From positions 227,107-291,106 of the forward strand of contig JALGVJ010000001.1 of assembly GCA_029838195.1 (NCBI GenBank): a DNA stretch of 64,000 nucleotides, in the 5' to 3' direction. The position numbers were made by a program, and so were the translations under genes. The stretch is from Promethearchaeota archaeon. GTDB taxonomy: Archaea; Asgardarchaeota; Lokiarchaeia; Sigyniarchaeales; SOKP01. This document shows positions 28,993 through 39,339 of the stretch, one piece after another. Position 1 is the stretch's first letter. Every line of letters starts with the position of its first letter. The notes under the pieces are model-generated. The model made no database searches. It was not told where the DNA came from and saw only the letters and a list, made by a program, of their open reading frames with translations.

Positions 28993-30503
28993 GTATTAAT
29001 TAATGTCATGAGGTCGTCCATGTTCAGGTGTTTTTCCACGACTGTTGCCAACTTATCGATATTAATTTCAATTAATTCTTTATATTTAACCAGGGGTTCG
29101 TGATATTCTTTTCTTCCTTGCTTCCGCATGAAAAGGTATTCCAAGAATTTTTCTCTAAATTCATCCGTGTTAAAAAATCCATGAAGTAAACAACCAAATA
29201 CATTTTTTTTATCATTAATAGCTCCTGCGAAGCTATTATCATGATTATTCGCTTCGGCTATGATTTTTAATAAATAATTGGCACGCGGCTCGTGAATGAT
29301 TTTACCCATGTGAATTTCATATCCACTCACGATAAAGCCCTTACATGATGGCAAGCCGATAATCTGAGCCTTCACTTGTTTAGTAATTTTTTTATATGTT
29401 GTAAATTCGGTGGAAATGGGTAATAAATCTAATCCTCCGTGAATATCATCTTCATCTCCTTCAATTTTCTTGTCTATTATGTTCTTTCCTAACATCTGAT
29501 ACCCTCCACAAATCCCTAGAATTAGAACATTTTTTTGGGCTAACTCCTTTAATTTAGAAAAGAATCCTTTTTCCTTTAACCATTGCAAATCTTTTACAGT
29601 ATTTTTTGTACCCGGTAAGATGATTAGATCTGCATGATTCAATTCATGTGGTTCTGAAATATAAGAAATATGAACAGAAGGCTCCCAGCTCAAAATCTCA
29701 AAATCGTTAAAATTGGAAATCCTGGGAAATCTAATTATTTTTACCTCAATTTGCCCTGAAGTCTCAAGGTGATCTTCTAAAGAAAGCGAATCTTCAGCTG
29801 GAATTTTTAAATCTTCAATATAAGGGATTACGCCATTACATTTAATGCCAATCAATTCTTCTAATTGCTTAATACCTGGTTCTAAAATGCTTACATCGCC
29901 TCGGAATTTATTTATGATAAAATATTTAATTCGCTTTTGGTCTTCAGCATGTAATAGTTTAATGGTACCATAGATGGAAGCAAAAACCCCGCCTCTATCA
30001 ATATCTCCAATTAATATCACGGGCGCATTTAATAGTCGAGCAACAAACATGTTTGAAATATCCTTATCATATAAATTTATTTCAGCAGGACTTCCTGCTC
30101 CTTCAATTATGATTAAATCATATTTTCTTTTCAATATTTGAGCAACTTCTTTCACATGAGAAATTAATCGGGGAACAAGGTCATCATAATATTCATTTAC
30201 TTTATAATCAGCGAAAGGTTTCCCCATTAATATGATTTGAGAAGCATTATTTCCTTTTGGCTTTAATAATATGGGATTGAAAATAGCTTGAGGTTCAATC
30301 CTTGCAGCAATAGCTTGCACCGCTTGAGAATAAGCAATTTCAGCCCCATTTTTAGTGACATGAGAATTCAAGGACATGTTTTGCGCTTTAAAAGGTGCCA
30401 CCGTGAAGCCTTTATTATTAAAAATTCTACATAAGGCGGCAACTAAAAGCGATTTACCCGCGTGAGAAGAAGTACCTTGAATCATTAGGGCTTTACCTTT
30501 CAT
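28989..30503 (-). CDS. cbiP: Cobyric acid synthase (CbiP/CobQ)
   Basis: QGTSSHAGKS, PFKAQNMSLNS, EGAGSPAEINL, DIDRGG, GICGGYQMLG, GYEIH. Confidence 0.95.
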   Translation of the reverse strand: MKGKALMIQGTSSHAGKSLLVAALCRIFNNKGFTVAPFKAQNMSLNSHVTKNGAEIAYSQAVQAIAARIEPQAIFNPILLKPKGNNASQIILMGKPFADYKVNEYYDDLVPRLISHVKEVAQILKRKYDLIIIEGAGSPAEINLYDKDISNMFVARLLNAPVILIGDIDRGGVFASIYGTIKLLHAEDQKRIKYFIINKFRGDVSILEPGIKQLEELIGIKCNGVIPYIEDLKIPAEDSLSLEDHLETSGQIEVKIIRFPRISNFNDFEILSWEPSVHISYISEPHELNHADLIILPGTKNTVKDLQWLKEKGFFSKLKELAQKNVLILGICGGYQMLGKNIIDKKIEGDEDDIHGGLDLLPISTEFTTYKKITKQVKAQIIGLPSCKGFIVSGYEIHMGKIIHEPRANYLLKIIAEANNHDNSFAGAINDKKNVFGCLLHGFFNTDEFREKFLEYLFMRKQGRKEYHEPLVKYKELIEINIDKLATVVEKHLNMDDLMTLINT

Positions 30504-30516
30504 GAATTATCCCCAT

Positions 30517-30870
30517 TTATTCTTTCTTGTTTTCTTTTAAGATTTTTTTTCGAAGAGCTAAAAGGTTCTCTCTTGAGATTAAATCAAAATTTTCATCGAG
30601 TTCTATCAAGCCTTTTAAAATTTTCTCGGCATTTTTTCTCACGTGTGGAAAAATACAGGAAGAGCATGCCCAAACGGGTTCTTTCGTAATTGAACTCAAT
30701 TTTTCAAAACCGCCAGTATCCATTTCATGACAAGGGTAAAAAGGGCAATAACAAAAAGTACAATCTTCTAAGCCCTCATGACATGGAAAATAGGGGCACT
30801 CTTTATCCAATCCAATAATGGTTTTTCGTTTCATTGCTTCTTTTATGAGCTTCCTCCCTTTCTCATGCAT
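30517..30870 (-). CDS. Cysteine-rich small domain protein associated with cobamide genes
   Basis: CPYFPCH...CTFCYCPFYPC...WACSSCIFPH. Confidence 0.82.
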   Translation of the reverse strand: MHEKGRKLIKEAMKRKTIIGLDKECPYFPCHEGLEDCTFCYCPFYPCHEMDTGGFEKLSSITKEPVWACSSCIFPHVRKNAEKILKGLIELDENFDLISRENLLALRKKILKENKKE

Positions 30871-30894
30871 TTGATTTAAAATTTCTATTCACTC

Positions 30895-32037
30895 CTATTT
30901 TTTAATTTTTAAATTCAATACATTTTTAAGGCTCATTATTAATTTTTCATTGGATTCTCTCTCTTTAATTGAAATTCTAAAGAAGAACTCATCCAATCCT
31001 TTATAATTGGAACAATCCCTAATTAAAATACCTTCTTGCAATAAAGCATTTTTAATTGATCGTGCCGTGATGCCCATTTTTCTCGTATTAATTAAAAAAA
31101 AATTGGAATCAGACGGATAAATTTTCAAGTCGGGGTATTGATTTAAAAAATTTAATAAATATTCCTTTTCTGTTTGAATTAATTGACGGGTTTTTTCTAT
31201 TAACGTGCCATTATTTAAAACGTGCTGGGCACATTCTTGCGCAATGCAATTAACAGGCCATAATTCTTGACCATTTTTCAGGTATTGAATTATTTCAGGA
31301 GTACTAATTCCAAAACCAATGCGTAAACCTGGTAAACCAAAAAATTTCGTAAAACTCCTAGCAATGAAAATGTTATTATATTGATTTATTTTATTTTTAA
31401 AGGAATTATGTTCTCCCGTGAATTCGATAAAAGCTTCATCTAAAAAAACTAAAATATTTTTCTCAGAGGCGGTTTCTATAATTGTTAAAATTTCTTTAGA
31501 ATCATCCAATGCTCCATTGGGATTATTTGGATTGCACATGATGATAATTTTTGTTTTAGAACTGACTTTTTCAAGCACTTTTTCGCTTTTTAAAAGAAAA
31601 TCATTTTTCTCCTCTCGCCATGCATTAACAACCTTACAATTATTTCTTTTAATAGCCCAATCATATTCAGTAAAAGTAGGGTGAACCACAATAACTTCAT
31701 CTTTCTCCACCAAAAACATGTCGCAAAATAATCGAATGAGTTCCATCGAGCCTGCTCCAATGAGTAGGTTATCTGGTGAAAGAGAATTTCCGAAATATTT
31801 AACTAGAGCATTTTTTACAGTAGTTGAATTAGAATCAGGATACAATAAAATTGAATTTAGACTTTTTTCAAGAAGGTTCTTGAAAATATCAGTAGATATT
31901 AGAGGATTAATGTTTGTACTATAGTCTAATATGTTTCCCTCGTGTGCTTCGGAAGAGATTGCATGTATTTCGCCCCCATGCCTCTCGTGAGTTAAATCCA
32001 TCAATGATTTTTTAAAAATTCTATTCAGATCTGCCAA
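30895..32037 (-). CDS. cobD: L-threonine-O-3-phosphate decarboxylase
   Basis: HGG, DYSTNINP, NPNNPNG, DEAFIEF, SFTKFFGLPGLRIG, IRDCSNY.GL; operon context. Confidence 0.88.
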   Translation of the reverse strand: MADLNRIFKKSLMDLTHERHGGEIHAISSEAHEGNILDYSTNINPLISTDIFKNLLEKSLNSILLYPDSNSTTVKNALVKYFGNSLSPDNLLIGAGSMELIRLFCDMFLVEKDEVIVVHPTFTEYDWAIKRNNCKVVNAWREEKNDFLLKSEKVLEKVSSKTKIIIMCNPNNPNGALDDSKEILTIIETASEKNILVFLDEAFIEFTGEHNSFKNKINQYNNIFIARSFTKFFGLPGLRIGFGISTPEIIQYLKNGQELWPVNCIAQECAQHVLNNGTLIEKTRQLIQTEKEYLLNFLNQYPDLKIYPSDSNFFLINTRKMGITARSIKNALLQEGILIRDCSNYKGLDEFFFRISIKERESNEKLIMSLKNVLNLKIKK

Positions 32038-32041
32038 AATA

Positions 32042-33295
32042 TTATCCTCTCATGTTATTTAAAATTTTCAAAATATCTTCTGCTTTTTTCACGATTTTCA
32101 CGTTGTCTCTCTTCTTTAATTCATTATAGATTCGTATTGCTGAGCCACCAGTATAATCTCTTTCTTCAATTGGCTCTTTTTCATGAATTATGATTGGTTT
32201 ATCGGACTCTTGTAAAATTTCTAAATTTCCCAAGTTATATTTTCCAAAAGGGAGATTTGCCAGAACCACCACATCGACCTTCTTTAAAAAATCTTTTAAT
32301 TTAAGTTTTGATTCCTCAGTTATCGGAGAAAAAGGTGCCTCTGATACGATCTTATAATTCAATTCACTTGCTAAAGTATGATCATCATCTAACACATTAA
32401 TGATTCCAATAGATACGTCATGAGTATTTAAACTTGGTAAAAATTCTACAGCAGATCCTCCTCCTGCGATTACATGGACCTTTTTAGCGTTTTTCCTTAT
32501 AGCTCTATTGTTTGAATCTTCTTGAATGTTTAATAGCGTGACGAATATCGAATTTGTATAAATATTTTTTCTCACAACGACATCAACATTATACACTGCT
32601 TTGATATTTTCTCGCGTGATTATCTCTTCCACGGTACCAAATGCTTTAATCTTTCCATCATTCAATAAAATTAATCTATCACAAAATTGTGCCGCTAAAT
32701 TTAAATCGTGAAGTACAGCAATGATTATTTTACCTTTTTCCACGTAATTTCTCATCATCATCATGAATTCGATTTTATAATTAATGTCCAAATGCGTGGT
32801 AGGCTCGTCTAAAAGAATGATCTTGCTATTCTGGGCCAATGCTCTACCAATTATGACCTTTTGTAATTCACCTCCGCTTAATTCATTGAAACTTCTCTTC
32901 TTGAGCTCAAGTAGTTTTAATTTTTTTAATATTTCCTCCACGATGTACTTATCTTCAGGAGACTCTTGTGAAAATCTGCCAATATGGGAATATCTCCCCA
33001 TCATCACGATTTCTTCCACGGTATAATCAAAATTAATGGAGGTCGTTTGGGGAACCATGGCTATTTTTTTGGCAATTTCCCGTGGATCCATCGTATTTAT
33101 TAAAATATCATCCACGATCACTTCCCCTAATTCCGATTTCAACACGCCACTCAATATTTTTAAAAAAGTAGTTTTACCGCTCCCATTGGGCCCCAAGATA
33201 CCATACAAGAACCCTTTTTGAAAATGTATCGTGATATCTTTTAGAACTAATTTACTTCCATAATTAAAACTAATATCATTAGCACTGATAGTCAA
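32042..33295 (-). CDS. btuD: Cobalamin ABC transporter ATPase with C-terminal extension
   Basis: GPNGSGKT, LSGGE, LLDEPT, HDLNLA; extra C-terminal domain starting VHVIAGGGS. Confidence 0.85.
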   Translation of the reverse strand: MTISANDISFNYGSKLVLKDITIHFQKGFLYGILGPNGSGKTTFLKILSGVLKSELGEVIVDDILINTMDPREIAKKIAMVPQTTSINFDYTVEEIVMMGRYSHIGRFSQESPEDKYIVEEILKKLKLLELKKRSFNELSGGELQKVIIGRALAQNSKIILLDEPTTHLDINYKIEFMMMMRNYVEKGKIIIAVLHDLNLAAQFCDRLILLNDGKIKAFGTVEEIITRENIKAVYNVDVVVRKNIYTNSIFVTLLNIQEDSNNRAIRKNAKKVHVIAGGGSAVEFLPSLNTHDVSIGIINVLDDDHTLASELNYKIVSEAPFSPITEESKLKLKDFLKKVDVVVLANLPFGKYNLGNLEILQESDKPIIIHEKEPIEERDYTGGSAIRIYNELKKRDNVKIVKKAEDILKILNNMRG

Positions 33296-33338
33296 ATGTG
33301 CACCACGCTCACTTCTTTTAATAAAATAATTAAAATTT

Positions 33339-34370
33339 TTATTTTAATTCTCCCAATGCTTTCTTTTTTATGACGAGATATAAGAAAAAAGGCCCACCCA
33401 TGAGCGCCGTAAAGATCCCTACTGGAATTTCTCGTGGTGAAATCAATGTTCGAGCCAAAAGATCTGCCCATACTAAAATTAATGCTCCAAAAATGCCCGA
33501 AAGAGGGATTAACTTGCGGTTGTCACTTCCGGTAAGCAAGCGCATGGAATGAGGAATAATGAGCCCTACAAATCCGATACTTCCGCAAAACGCGACTGCC
33601 GTGGACGTTAATAAAGTCATGAGCAATAATATCACTTTTTTTGAACGTTCTACATTTACACCGATGGTTTGGGCAGCTTCATCCCCAAATACCATCACGT
33701 TTAAGTCTTTAGCATAAAAAAATAATGCAATCGAACAAGGTATCATTGAAATTAAAGTAATATAGACTTTATTCCACGAGATTCCCCAAAAACTCCCCAT
33801 CAAGTAAGAGAGAATAAAATGTGCCTTGCTTTCGGAAAAATATAAAATAAAACTCGTCAAGGCTGAAAAAAAGAAGGAGATTGCAATGCCGGATAAAAGC
33901 AAGGCCGATGTGGATAAACGAAACGTAGTCTGAGAAAGCTCATATACTAACAATATTGCAAACATGGCAAATAGGAAAGAAACTAAAGGAAGCGTGAATA
34001 ACGAAAAGATCGTGGCTCCAAGAACAACCATCAATGCAGTTCCGAAACCTGCAGCAGAAGAAATACCAATGATATAAGGATCTACAATGGGATTTCGAAA
34101 TAATCCTTGAGCTGCCACGCCTGCCATGCCCAACATCGCACCAACAACAGCAGCCATGATTACTCTCGGAATTCTAATGTAAATGATTATTCTCTGTTCT
34201 CCTAATGTCCATGTTTGAGGAAGATCAAATCCTATTGCATCCAAAATGATATACCAAATGGTTCTAAATTCAATATGAACGGAACCAATATAAATTGCAA
34301 AAAACATGCTAAATAGTAAGAAAAAAAAAGAAAAAATTAAAATAATAAAATTCCTTGCCATGAATCGCAT
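33339..34370 (-). CDS. btuC: Cobalamin ABC transporter permease (FecCD family)
   Basis: RIPRV, QGLFRNP..DP..IGISSAA, GSIGFVGLIIPH, EIPVG. Confidence 0.88.
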   Translation of the reverse strand: MRFMARNFIILIFSFFFLLFSMFFAIYIGSVHIEFRTIWYIILDAIGFDLPQTWTLGEQRIIIYIRIPRVIMAAVVGAMLGMAGVAAQGLFRNPIVDPYIIGISSAAGFGTALMVVLGATIFSLFTLPLVSFLFAMFAILLVYELSQTTFRLSTSALLLSGIAISFFFSALTSFILYFSESKAHFILSYLMGSFWGISWNKVYITLISMIPCSIALFFYAKDLNVMVFGDEAAQTIGVNVERSKKVILLLMTLLTSTAVAFCGSIGFVGLIIPHSMRLLTGSDNRKLIPLSGIFGALILVWADLLARTLISPREIPVGIFTALMGGPFFLYLVIKKKALGELK

Positions 34371-34380
34371 GTTTCCTCAC

Positions 34381-35304
34381 TTAAAATAATTCTGGGTAAA
34401 GATATTCTGCCATTATTTCTAATGCCAGGACGCTTCGAGGTCCAGCCCTCGTGAATACATCATCATCGCACACGTATATCTGGTCATTAATGACAGCATT
34501 AATGACATCGTATCCCTCTCTCTCTTTCACGTTTACCGTGTAGGATTTACGGCCCATTGCCGTGATGAATATGACATCGGGATTTCCGTTAATCACGGCT
34601 TCATGACTAACGGTTGGAAATTCTTCATTAATGTTTCCAAAAATATTAATTCCTCCTGCTTTCTCGATCATATCATTGATGAAAGATTCGCCTCCCGCAA
34701 CGATGGGAGTTTCCCATACTTCAAAATAACACTTTTTCTTCTCTTCCTCGGTGAGTTGCATTACAGTAAAAACTACTTTATCAATTCGATATTGCATGGT
34801 ATCCGCTAATTCATTTGCTTGGGATTCTGCATCCACTAATTGCCCCATGAGCCTAATATTATTAACGATCTCATCCATGGAATGGGCAATTAGAATAACT
34901 ATGGTAATGCCGTTATTTTCCAAGGTTTCAACCATCTGAGCATCATAGTACTCTCCGATTACTAAATCGGGTTCAAGACTAATGATGACATTAAGATTGG
35001 GGCTGGAAAATCCTCCTACTCTCGTTTTAGACACCACAGCCTTGGGATAATTACAATAATCGGTTACTCCTACAACTCTATCTTGTACTTGGATGGCGTA
35101 TAGCGTTTCGGTTATCGAAGGCGCTAAAGAAATGATTCGCTCGGGATGCTCCGGAACTTTGACTTTTCTGCCAACGGAATCAACAAAGTAGCCCTCTTCA
35201 TCAAAACCTTCGGTAGATACTTGTATGGTGCCCATGATGGCTAAACTAATAACGATAGCTCCAATGACAATTGCTAATATAACAATTTTTCCAATAGCTT
35301 TCAT
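34381..35304 (-). CDS. btuF: Cobalamin ABC transporter substrate-binding protein
   Basis: N-terminal TM anchor, RIISLAPSITE, VGVTDYCNYP, RAGPR. Confidence 0.88.
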   Translation of the reverse strand: MKAIGKIVILAIVIGAIVISLAIMGTIQVSTEGFDEEGYFVDSVGRKVKVPEHPERIISLAPSITETLYAIQVQDRVVGVTDYCNYPKAVVSKTRVGGFSSPNLNVIISLEPDLVIGEYYDAQMVETLENNGITIVILIAHSMDEIVNNIRLMGQLVDAESQANELADTMQYRIDKVVFTVMQLTEEEKKKCYFEVWETPIVAGGESFINDMIEKAGGINIFGNINEEFPTVSHEAVINGNPDVIFITAMGRKSYTVNVKEREGYDVINAVINDQIYVCDDDVFTRAGPRSVLALEIMAEYLYPELF

Positions 35305-35364
35305 TTTTTCTTAATTTATCAGTAAATGATGTTAAATAATAAAAGAAAAAACCCTTTAAAAGCT

Positions 35365-35383
35365 TTAGGATAAATTATCCTAA
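35365..35383. promoter_or_regulatory. Perfect 19-bp palindrome in the divergent btuF/cobT promoter (candidate operator)
   Basis: TTAGGATAA-A-TTATCCTAA. Confidence 0.6.
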
Positions 35384-35462
35384 TATTTATTAAGCATTCA
35401 ATATTTAAAATCCTACTAAAAATACATGAGGATTTTTTTTCATCATTTTGTAGGAATGAAAA

Positions 35463-36554
35463 ATGGAAAGCATTATAAAGATAGGAAAACCTTCTAAAGT
35501 TGAGAATTTTCTTGAAAGGGTTCGAAATAAAAAGCCTTTATTCATTGTCGTGTTAGGAAATACTGAGACTGCTAAAATTCCGGGAATATCTGCCGCTGGG
35601 GCGAATCCTGCTCTCACGGATTATACGCCTGCTGCTGATGTGGAATATCTATTTCATGGAGCGTGCAAGTCGATCGAGGGCGTTCCCATCACGCCAGATG
35701 GAATTCCAACGCCTGCCTTAATAACAAAAGCTTGCTTGGAACTTTCGGATATCCCCTTATTAGTGGCTATAGGAGGGGTGAGGATTTATCCGCAAACGCC
35801 TTATGTAGAATTTGGAGGAAAACCCGGTCATGACATTTCGAAAGGGAATGCCGTCGAGTCGATTGAAAGTGCCCTTAAAAATGCGAAATTATTCGGCGAG
35901 AATATTTCAAAAATAGCCGATTATCTCGTGATTGGAGAGAGCATAGCAGGAGGAACCACTACTGCTTTAGGTGTCTTAACGGCCATGGGGTATGATGCCT
36001 CAGATAAAATTAGTAGTAGTTTGCCGATGAATCCTATTGACTTAAAAAAGAAAGTCGTAAATTCTGGATTAAAATCTATCGGAATTACCGCCGGGCCATT
36101 CCGTGAAAATCCGTTAAATGCCATCAAACATCTAGGAGATCCCATGCAACCCGTACATGCGGGCATTGTCATGGGTGCCGCAAAGAAAATACCGGTGCTA
36201 TTAGCGGGTGGAACACAGATGGCTGCAATTATAGCTATCATTAAGGCATTGGGGCTTTCCATTTTAGAAAATATCGCTATAGGAACAACCCGCTGGATTG
36301 TTCAAGATTCACAGACCGATTTAAAAGGTATTATTGATCAAATTGCTCCGGATTTGCCCATTTTCGCCGCCAATTTGGATTTTTCCGCGATGAAATACGA
36401 TGGCCTAAAGGCTTATGAACGTGGAATTGTAAAGGAAGGTGTTGGAGCCGGGGGAATCACTTTAGCTACGCTCTTTTCTCACGAAAAAACCACGGATATG
36501 GAAACAATTCTCTCAAAAATCGAAGAAAATTATGCTAAACTCAGATCAAAATAA
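35463..36554 (+). CDS. cobT: Archaeal-type nicotinate-nucleotide:dimethylbenzimidazole phosphoribosyltransferase
   Basis: IPGISAAG, TPAADVE, PTPALIT, GESIAGGTTTA, LAGGTQM, VKEGVGAGG. Confidence 0.92.
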   Translation: MESIIKIGKPSKVENFLERVRNKKPLFIVVLGNTETAKIPGISAAGANPALTDYTPAADVEYLFHGACKSIEGVPITPDGIPTPALITKACLELSDIPLLVAIGGVRIYPQTPYVEFGGKPGHDISKGNAVESIESALKNAKLFGENISKIADYLVIGESIAGGTTTALGVLTAMGYDASDKISSSLPMNPIDLKKKVVNSGLKSIGITAGPFRENPLNAIKHLGDPMQPVHAGIVMGAAKKIPVLLAGGTQMAAIIAIIKALGLSILENIAIGTTRWIVQDSQTDLKGIIDQIAPDLPIFAANLDFSAMKYDGLKAYERGIVKEGVGAGGITLATLFSHEKTTDMETILSKIEENYAKLRSK

Positions 36555-36683
36555 CTTGTTTAAAAATTCCTGTTTTTCTTCTTTTTCACTTATTTTTCCC
36601 TAAAAGAAATGCAAAATTAAAAAAAAATGATGTTAAATATAGAACCATAGGAATTTAAAGAAAAAACTTCTTATTCATCTTGC

Positions 36684-37334
36684 ATGGAAAATAATTTTTT
36701 AGATTTTAAAAAGCGCCAAATTAGGAGTTATTTTTTCCATCTCCAAAAAAAGGAGGTTAATGAAGCTAAATTTAAAATTCCCATAACTTACATCCAAATG
36801 AGGCTCCCCGTTGAAAAAATAACGCCACAATTTGAACAAGCCGTTCAAAAACAAATTGATTCAAATTACTTGCATGTACTAATTCGAGAGGCCAAAAAGG
36901 AAGACTTAAAACATGTTCTTTACATCTATAATAAAGCATGGCAAAAATTAGATGATCCCCATGGGCAAATGACCCTTGAGGCACTGCAAAAAATTCACGC
37001 ATTTCCTGAAATTACCATTTTCATCGCAAGCATTTATGGAATGGATGTTGGCTTTATCATGTTAGATAATGAAAAGGATGAATCTGGAAATCCAATAGGC
37101 ATCATCGCTGGATTGGGAATTCTGCCTAAATTCCAAACAAAAGGCATTGGAAAAGTTCTTGGAATGACCGCCTGGAAGTACTTCAAGGATAAAGGGATCA
37201 AGGAACTCCGGTGTGAAGTTTTTATAGAAAACAAAAAATCATATAAGTTCATTAAATCCCTAGGATTCGAAGAATTTAAAACCAAAATATATAAAATTGA
37301 AGATTTTAATCTACATCAAAATAATTCTGGTTAA
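36684..37334 (+). CDS. GNAT family acetyltransferase
   Basis: GILPKFQTKGIGK acetyl-CoA motif; N..SYKF..SLGF. Confidence 0.85.
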   Translation: MENNFLDFKKRQIRSYFFHLQKKEVNEAKFKIPITYIQMRLPVEKITPQFEQAVQKQIDSNYLHVLIREAKKEDLKHVLYIYNKAWQKLDDPHGQMTLEALQKIHAFPEITIFIASIYGMDVGFIMLDNEKDESGNPIGIIAGLGILPKFQTKGIGKVLGMTAWKYFKDKGIKELRCEVFIENKKSYKFIKSLGFEEFKTKIYKIEDFNLHQNNSG

Positions 37335-37431
37335 TACACTTAATTTTAACCCCCCCCTCGAAAGAAACGATGAGGAAAAAAACTAAAATTTAAAAAAAAT
37401 TAAAATTTAAAATTAAATTTAAAATAAATAA

Positions 37432-39339
37432 TTAAATGCCTAATTTTTTTCGATTAGCTTCAATATGTTCCATTATGGCATCCACGGCCTGGACAGTGTC
37501 TTTTTCAAGATGTAAAATGCCTCCCGTAAGATCTTTACAATCTTGTGTTAATAAACGCACTAGATCGGGTCCTCCCGTTACGGTTGGAACGGGATTGACA
37601 TACGTATATAAACCAAAAGCAAGAGCAAAAATGGCATCAATAGTAGCTTTTTGTTCCATGTACTCGGGTGCCACGACTACAATTGGAAGATCAGGTACTG
37701 CCACGCCTCCTAATGCCTCAGACACGGCACCAATGAGGTCCGCTACCCTCCCTGTATCCGTACAAGTCCCATAACTTAGGATTGGAGGAATATTTAAGGC
37801 TTCACAAATCTCTCGCAAGCCTGGTCCAGCTAATTGCTGAGCTTCTAATGTACATAATCCCCCCACCTGTAAAGCAGCATTCCCGCATCCCATGGACAAG
37901 ATCAATACGTCTCTCTTTATTAATTCTTTAGCTATTTCAATGGTATGCACATCTTGACCGTAATCCCTCAAGGTTGTACAAGAAATTAAACCTGCTATGC
38001 CACGGACCTTTCCTTTTTTAAGGCTATCAAGGAGTGGCTCCAAGCTTCCCCCCAATGCTTCCAAGATGCTTTCCGTGGAAAATCCCACGATCGCTCTTCC
38101 CAAATCTAATCCAGTAACTGGCTCAACGGTTGCTCTTCGCTCCTTAAAATTATCAATGGCCATTTGTAGCAACATGGCTGCCTGCTTTTCGGCCTCTTCA
38201 GGCTTATAATCTAGTCTCTCATTTATCCCCTCAAATGCAACCGCCTCCGACACCGGAATTAATTTGAATTTATATTTTTTCGCATAAATGGGATCAATCG
38301 ACATGCTGCAATTCATGTCGCATGCATATAAATCTGTGGCCCCAGTTGCCAATACCGCTTCTTGTGTGATCCAATTGCCCGTAAATCCATAAAATACTTC
38401 ATCCATTTCCCATCTCTGAATCATTTCTTGCCCGGTTTCGATGTTAGCTATGATTCGCAACCCTTTGGCCCCGACTGCTTTTGCTTTTTCCTGCCACTCC
38501 TCCTTTCTTGCTAATTGTACCATTGCAAACCCTATAAAAGGTTCGTGTCCATTAGGTAAAACATTCACGTAATCTGGGTTCAAAACTCCTAAATTTACCC
38601 GCATTTCATGAGGTCTAGGAATATTGAATAAAACATCTTGAAGAAATTCATTAACAATTTGAGATTGATATGCCATGGCAATCCCTAACCGCATGGCTTT
38701 AAGAGCCAAACTTGCATAATACCCATCCACGTTTGTTAAGCAAGAACTGGTGGAAAGCATCATTTCTCCGTAAATTCCTCCCGGAAAAATACCTAATTTC
38801 TTCCATAGCTCTTTTCTCTCCTTAGGAGCTAAAGCTTCTACAATGCGGCTAGACTCAGAAAAATCGCGATTGAAATCCTCTTTAATGAAGTCAAGCAAGT
38901 CCCGAGCAAGTTTCTTTAGATCACCAGTCGTTTCGAGCCCTAATCTCTTGGCAAATGCTCTTAATTTCTCGGGTTCTCTGATGCTAAAAGGTGAAGTGCC
39001 TTCAATCGTCGCTTTTAATGTCCGCAGCGTGGTTTCCGTATGGTAATGATACGTGGAAGTGCCCATGACATTTCTTAAAAGCATCATGCGCATGGCCATG
39101 CCATCTGCCGTTATTCCGCAAACACCTCGCTTGTCAATCGATGCATCTGCACGACAAGGACCATTTGAACACAAATCACAGCGAGCTCCCTTGAGACAGA
39201 AGGGGCATCTTTTATCAGGGTCATCCTTTCGGAACCCTTGGGCTTGAAATCGATCCCAAATTGTATTCATTCCATCCTTCTTGAGACGCTCCCTTACTTT
39301 TCGAACAGACTCATGATAAGAAATTCTTTTTCCTTCCAT
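37432..39339 (-). CDS. cooS: CooS/HCP-superfamily carbon monoxide dehydrogenase homolog with an atypical active site
   Basis: B-cluster CDLCSNGPC...CG, NGHEP, DMNC, ISCTT, GCG, GTCTD, EQKA; the usual CCTG motif is replaced by IETG. Confidence 0.85.
   Translation of the reverse strand: MEGKRISYHESVRKVRERLKKDGMNTIWDRFQAQGFRKDDPDKRCPFCLKGARCDLCSNGPCRADASIDKRGVCGITADGMAMRMMLLRNVMGTSTYHYHTETTLRTLKATIEGTSPFSIREPEKLRAFAKRLGLETTGDLKKLARDLLDFIKEDFNRDFSESSRIVEALAPKERKELWKKLGIFPGGIYGEMMLSTSSCLTNVDGYYASLALKAMRLGIAMAYQSQIVNEFLQDVLFNIPRPHEMRVNLGVLNPDYVNVLPNGHEPFIGFAMVQLARKEEWQEKAKAVGAKGLRIIANIETGQEMIQRWEMDEVFYGFTGNWITQEAVLATGATDLYACDMNCSMSIDPIYAKKYKFKLIPVSEAVAFEGINERLDYKPEEAEKQAAMLLQMAIDNFKERRATVEPVTGLDLGRAIVGFSTESILEALGGSLEPLLDSLKKGKVRGIAGLISCTTLRDYGQDVHTIEIAKELIKRDVLILSMGCGNAALQVGGLCTLEAQQLAGPGLREICEALNIPPILSYGTCTDTGRVADLIGAVSEALGGVAVPDLPIVVVAPEYMEQKATIDAIFALAFGLYTYVNPVPTVTGGPDLVRLLTQDCKDLTGGILHLEKDTVQAVDAIMEHIEANRKKLGI

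Noticed and set aside
35305-35462. Cobalamin riboswitch upstream of btuF
   Set aside because: The region is short and very AT-rich, with no B12-box.
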